Part shown: positions 50,574-52,600 of the stretch, piece after piece
How positions within the stretch are numbered: position 1 is the stretch's first letter
How the letters are laid out: every line of letters begins with the position of its first letter
Assembly (NCBI GenBank): GCA_964470765.1
Contig: CAYYDV010000001.1
Location: 1-52,600, forward strand
Length of the DNA stretch: 52,600 nucleotides
Source of the DNA: an uncultured Candidatus Saccharibacteria bacterium
Lineage (GTDB): Bacteria; Patescibacteriota; Minisyncoccia; Minisyncoccales; JAGGXC01
Direction: 5' to 3'
Made by a program: the position numbers and the translations under genes
Notes under the pieces: generated by a model
What the model was told of the DNA's origin: nothing
The model's database searches: none
Seen by the model: the letters and a program-made list of their open reading frames with translations, nothing else

Positions 50574-51666
50574 GTCTTTCTCTGGCCCCTCTTAAAGCTA
50601 ACCCTAAAGCAACGGTATATTTAAGAGATTCTTTATAAGATAATTGAGCTGTTTCTTTTTGAGGTTCTGGCAAAATATTTACCCAGGGATTACCTAACTC
50701 CACTGGAATTTTAAGCTGGCTACTTAGAAAATCAGTTAATCCTTCAAGGTTAGCTCCTCCTCCACACAAAAAAATCTTTTGGACTCCTTTATGGCCGGGA
50801 GGTAAGTGTTCATGAGAGTTATGAGTCCGGTAGAAATTTAAACGTTTTTTAATCTGCTCGACCAGCTCAGTTAAAACAGAAGAAAGGGCCTCGGACACTT
50901 TCTTGGCTTGAGGTCCTTTACCTCTGAGACCGTATTTTAATTTTAATCTTTCAGCTTCTTCCAAGTCAATCTTTAAATTTCTAGCAATAGCTTCAGTAAA
51001 TTTCTGAGAAAAAACAGAAATAGCACTAGTAAACCTTAATGAATAGCCGGAAAAAATAATGAAACTACTTTCAATTGCTCCCAAGTCAATTAGAAGTAAA
51101 CTATAAGGAGCAACTTCTTTTTTGACTAAAGCTCGAGCAACAGCTAAAGACTCAAGCTCTAAAACCTTGGGTTGAAGTCCGGCTTTTTTAAGGCAGGAAA
51201 TATAGGAGTCAACAACTTTCCTGGGAAAAGCAACAATTAAAACATCGGCGTGATCTAAATGATTATAGACGGGAGGAATAATTTGAGAATCGAGATAAAC
51301 TTCATCTATCGGCAAAGGAATATAATTTTCGGCCTCATATTGAACGGCTTTTTTTAAATCTTCTTTTTTAATCTTGGGCATTTGGATTACTTGTAAAAAG
51401 CTTTTTTCTTCTGGCAAAGAGCAAATTACATATTTAGTCCCCAATTTTTCTCCTTTTACTTCAGAAATCCCTTCTTTAATAATTCCGGCTAAAGCTTCTT
51501 CATCTTTAACTTCTCCGCCTTCAATTACCCCTGGTTTAATTCTTTGCTCATTAAAAGAAGCTAAAACAAAATTCTTTCTCCTTTTCTTGAGTTTTACAAT
51601 CTTCAAAGATGAATTAGAGATATCTAATCCAAATATTTCCGGTTTTAAAGTTAAAACTTTCAACAT
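50566..51666 (-). CDS. pilM: PilM-family actin-like pilus assembly protein, second copy
   Basis: 366 aa. Contains FGLDISNSS, LLIDLGAIES and FLCGGGANLEGL. Confidence 0.85.
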   Translation of the reverse strand: MLKVLTLKPEIFGLDISNSSLKIVKLKKRRKNFVLASFNEQRIKPGVIEGGEVKDEEALAGIIKEGISEVKGEKLGTKYVICSLPEEKSFLQVIQMPKIKKEDLKKAVQYEAENYIPLPIDEVYLDSQIIPPVYNHLDHADVLIVAFPRKVVDSYISCLKKAGLQPKVLELESLAVARALVKKEVAPYSLLLIDLGAIESSFIIFSGYSLRFTSAISVFSQKFTEAIARNLKIDLEEAERLKLKYGLRGKGPQAKKVSEALSSVLTELVEQIKKRLNFYRTHNSHEHLPPGHKGVQKIFLCGGGANLEGLTDFLSSQLKIPVELGNPWVNILPEPQKETAQLSYKESLKYTVALGLALRGARERHD

Positions 51667-51749
51667 ACAATTTTATTATATCATTAAACTTTATAAAATA
51701 AAAAAAACAGGATTATAATCCTGCACGCTGGTTAGTAGTTAATGACTGG

Positions 51750-52600
51750 TTATTCTATCTCTTCCCAATCCAAGATTTCAAACTCAGGACTAGCATAGGG
51801 AACAAAGGGAGAAGGACTATAAACTAAATTAGGATCAAAATAATTCTCTCTTTTTAAATACCCAGAGATGCCACCACTCCATCTAGTTCCCACTCGGCCG
51901 TTGCTAACTATTGAACCAGTTATCTCTAGTTTACTCCTTACGCAATGAGGTGAGTATTTGCTGCAGGGATAATGATTCCTTCCAAAATGGCCAGTCTGGG
52001 CAAGGAAAATTCCTTTTAGCTCCATTGCATCAGGAGAATACAAACCAATTAGATTATTGTGCTGAGCAAGAATAGCCAACCCATCGGAGCCATCTCCAAC
52101 ACTATAAGTAATATCTCCTTGTAGCCAAACATCGGTTTCCTTGCCGGGGTCTATTAAATCAGCTGAGACAACAGTAACTTTCCCCTTTATCTTACCTTCT
52201 AAATCTTCCCTCCCCACCCAAAGGTCGTCTTCAAAGAAAACAACGCTACAATCTCCAGGAATAAGATAATTATCAATAAAACTCTCGCTTTCTATGACCG
52301 GGTCTTCTACTACACATTTCCCACTTTCGCATTGAGGGCATTCTGGCTCACAAGGACCATCATCGCAGATCACTTTGGCACCGACGGTCGTACAAACATC
52401 GTCAAGCATTTGAACGCTATTCACCTCCCAAATATCGATACTTCCATCTTCTTCAAACATAATATGATATCCTTCCTGGCCTGAAGGACCAAAATAGAGT
52501 CCTTGTCCTCCCTGAGTTAAGCTTTTCATTTGAGCCAAATCAACTGTAATTCCATCAAAATCAAAAGGAGGAACAGGAAAGTCAAATAAATCTGGGTTTG
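51750..52600 (-). CDS. C-terminal part of a larger secreted Cys-rich protein (5' end outside the window)
   Basis: The ORF-track start at 52538 is a TTG. The frame stays open upstream to the window edge (...NPDLFDFPVPPFDFDGITVDLAQMKS...). Lies immediately upstream of pilM2. Confidence 0.55.
   Translation of the reverse strand, partial: NPDLFDFPVPPFDFDGITVDLAQMKSLTQGGQGLYFGPSGQEGYHIMFEEDGSIDIWEVNSVQMLDDVCTTVGAKVICDDGPCEPECPQCESGKCVVEDPVIESESFIDNYLIPGDCSVVFFEDDLWVGREDLEGKIKGKVTVVSADLIDPGKETDVWLQGDITYSVGDGSDGLAILAQHNNLIGLYSPDAMELKGIFLAQTGHFGRNHYPCSKYSPHCVRSKLEITGSIVSNGRVGTRWSGGISGYLKRENYFDPNLVYSPSPFVPYASPEFEILDWEEIE

Overview
The window is AT-rich. Three 120-nt samples I counted by hand gave 36.7-42.5% GC, and one local outlier gave 57.5%. 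It is densely coded and clearly bacterial. The gene content and small, divergent proteins fit a Candidate Phyla Radiation / Patescibacteria-type genome: NAD-dependent LigA, a SEDS protein, RecG, GyrA, FtsH, S1, L19, IF-2/RbfA, TsaD and a tRNA-His with encoded G-1. The main blocks are as follows. (1) 5.7-21.3 kb, minus strand: one long type IV pilus (T4P) locus containing pilM-N-O-P-like genes, pilB, a receiver-only response regulator, pilT, pilC, a major pilin, pilD, accessory secreted proteins, an S26 peptidase, an 844-aa putative tip protein and four minor pilins. comF lies divergently beside it. (2) 48.8-52.6 kb: a second pilM-N-O-P-like set without ATPases. (3) Housekeeping genes are interleaved with 18 tRNA genes that I folded by hand. 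Several of these directly abut or overlap CDS, and several deviate at normally invariant positions (C33, position 55, anticodon UAU for Ile). (4) 43.8-48.8 kb: small accessory insertions between tRNA clusters. These are an apparently intact archaeal-type transcription factor B (TFB/TFIIB) gene, a Nudix gene embedded in a tRNA operon, a stand-alone PEP-utilizer swivel-domain gene with an unknown partner, and a free-standing LAGLIDADG-HTH gene. (5) Two short dispersed repeat families. One is a 21-bp near-palindrome, GTTTAAAACCCGGCTTTAAAC, found in intergenic DNA and in the same frame and orientation inside ligA and tsaD. The other is an AGAACC-rich intergenic repeat at four loci. There is also a 158-nt GC-rich element with nested helices downstream of the major pilin gene. 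I found no CRISPR array, rRNA, transposase or integrase. All domain and family names are from motif recognition by eye and memory, not from searches.
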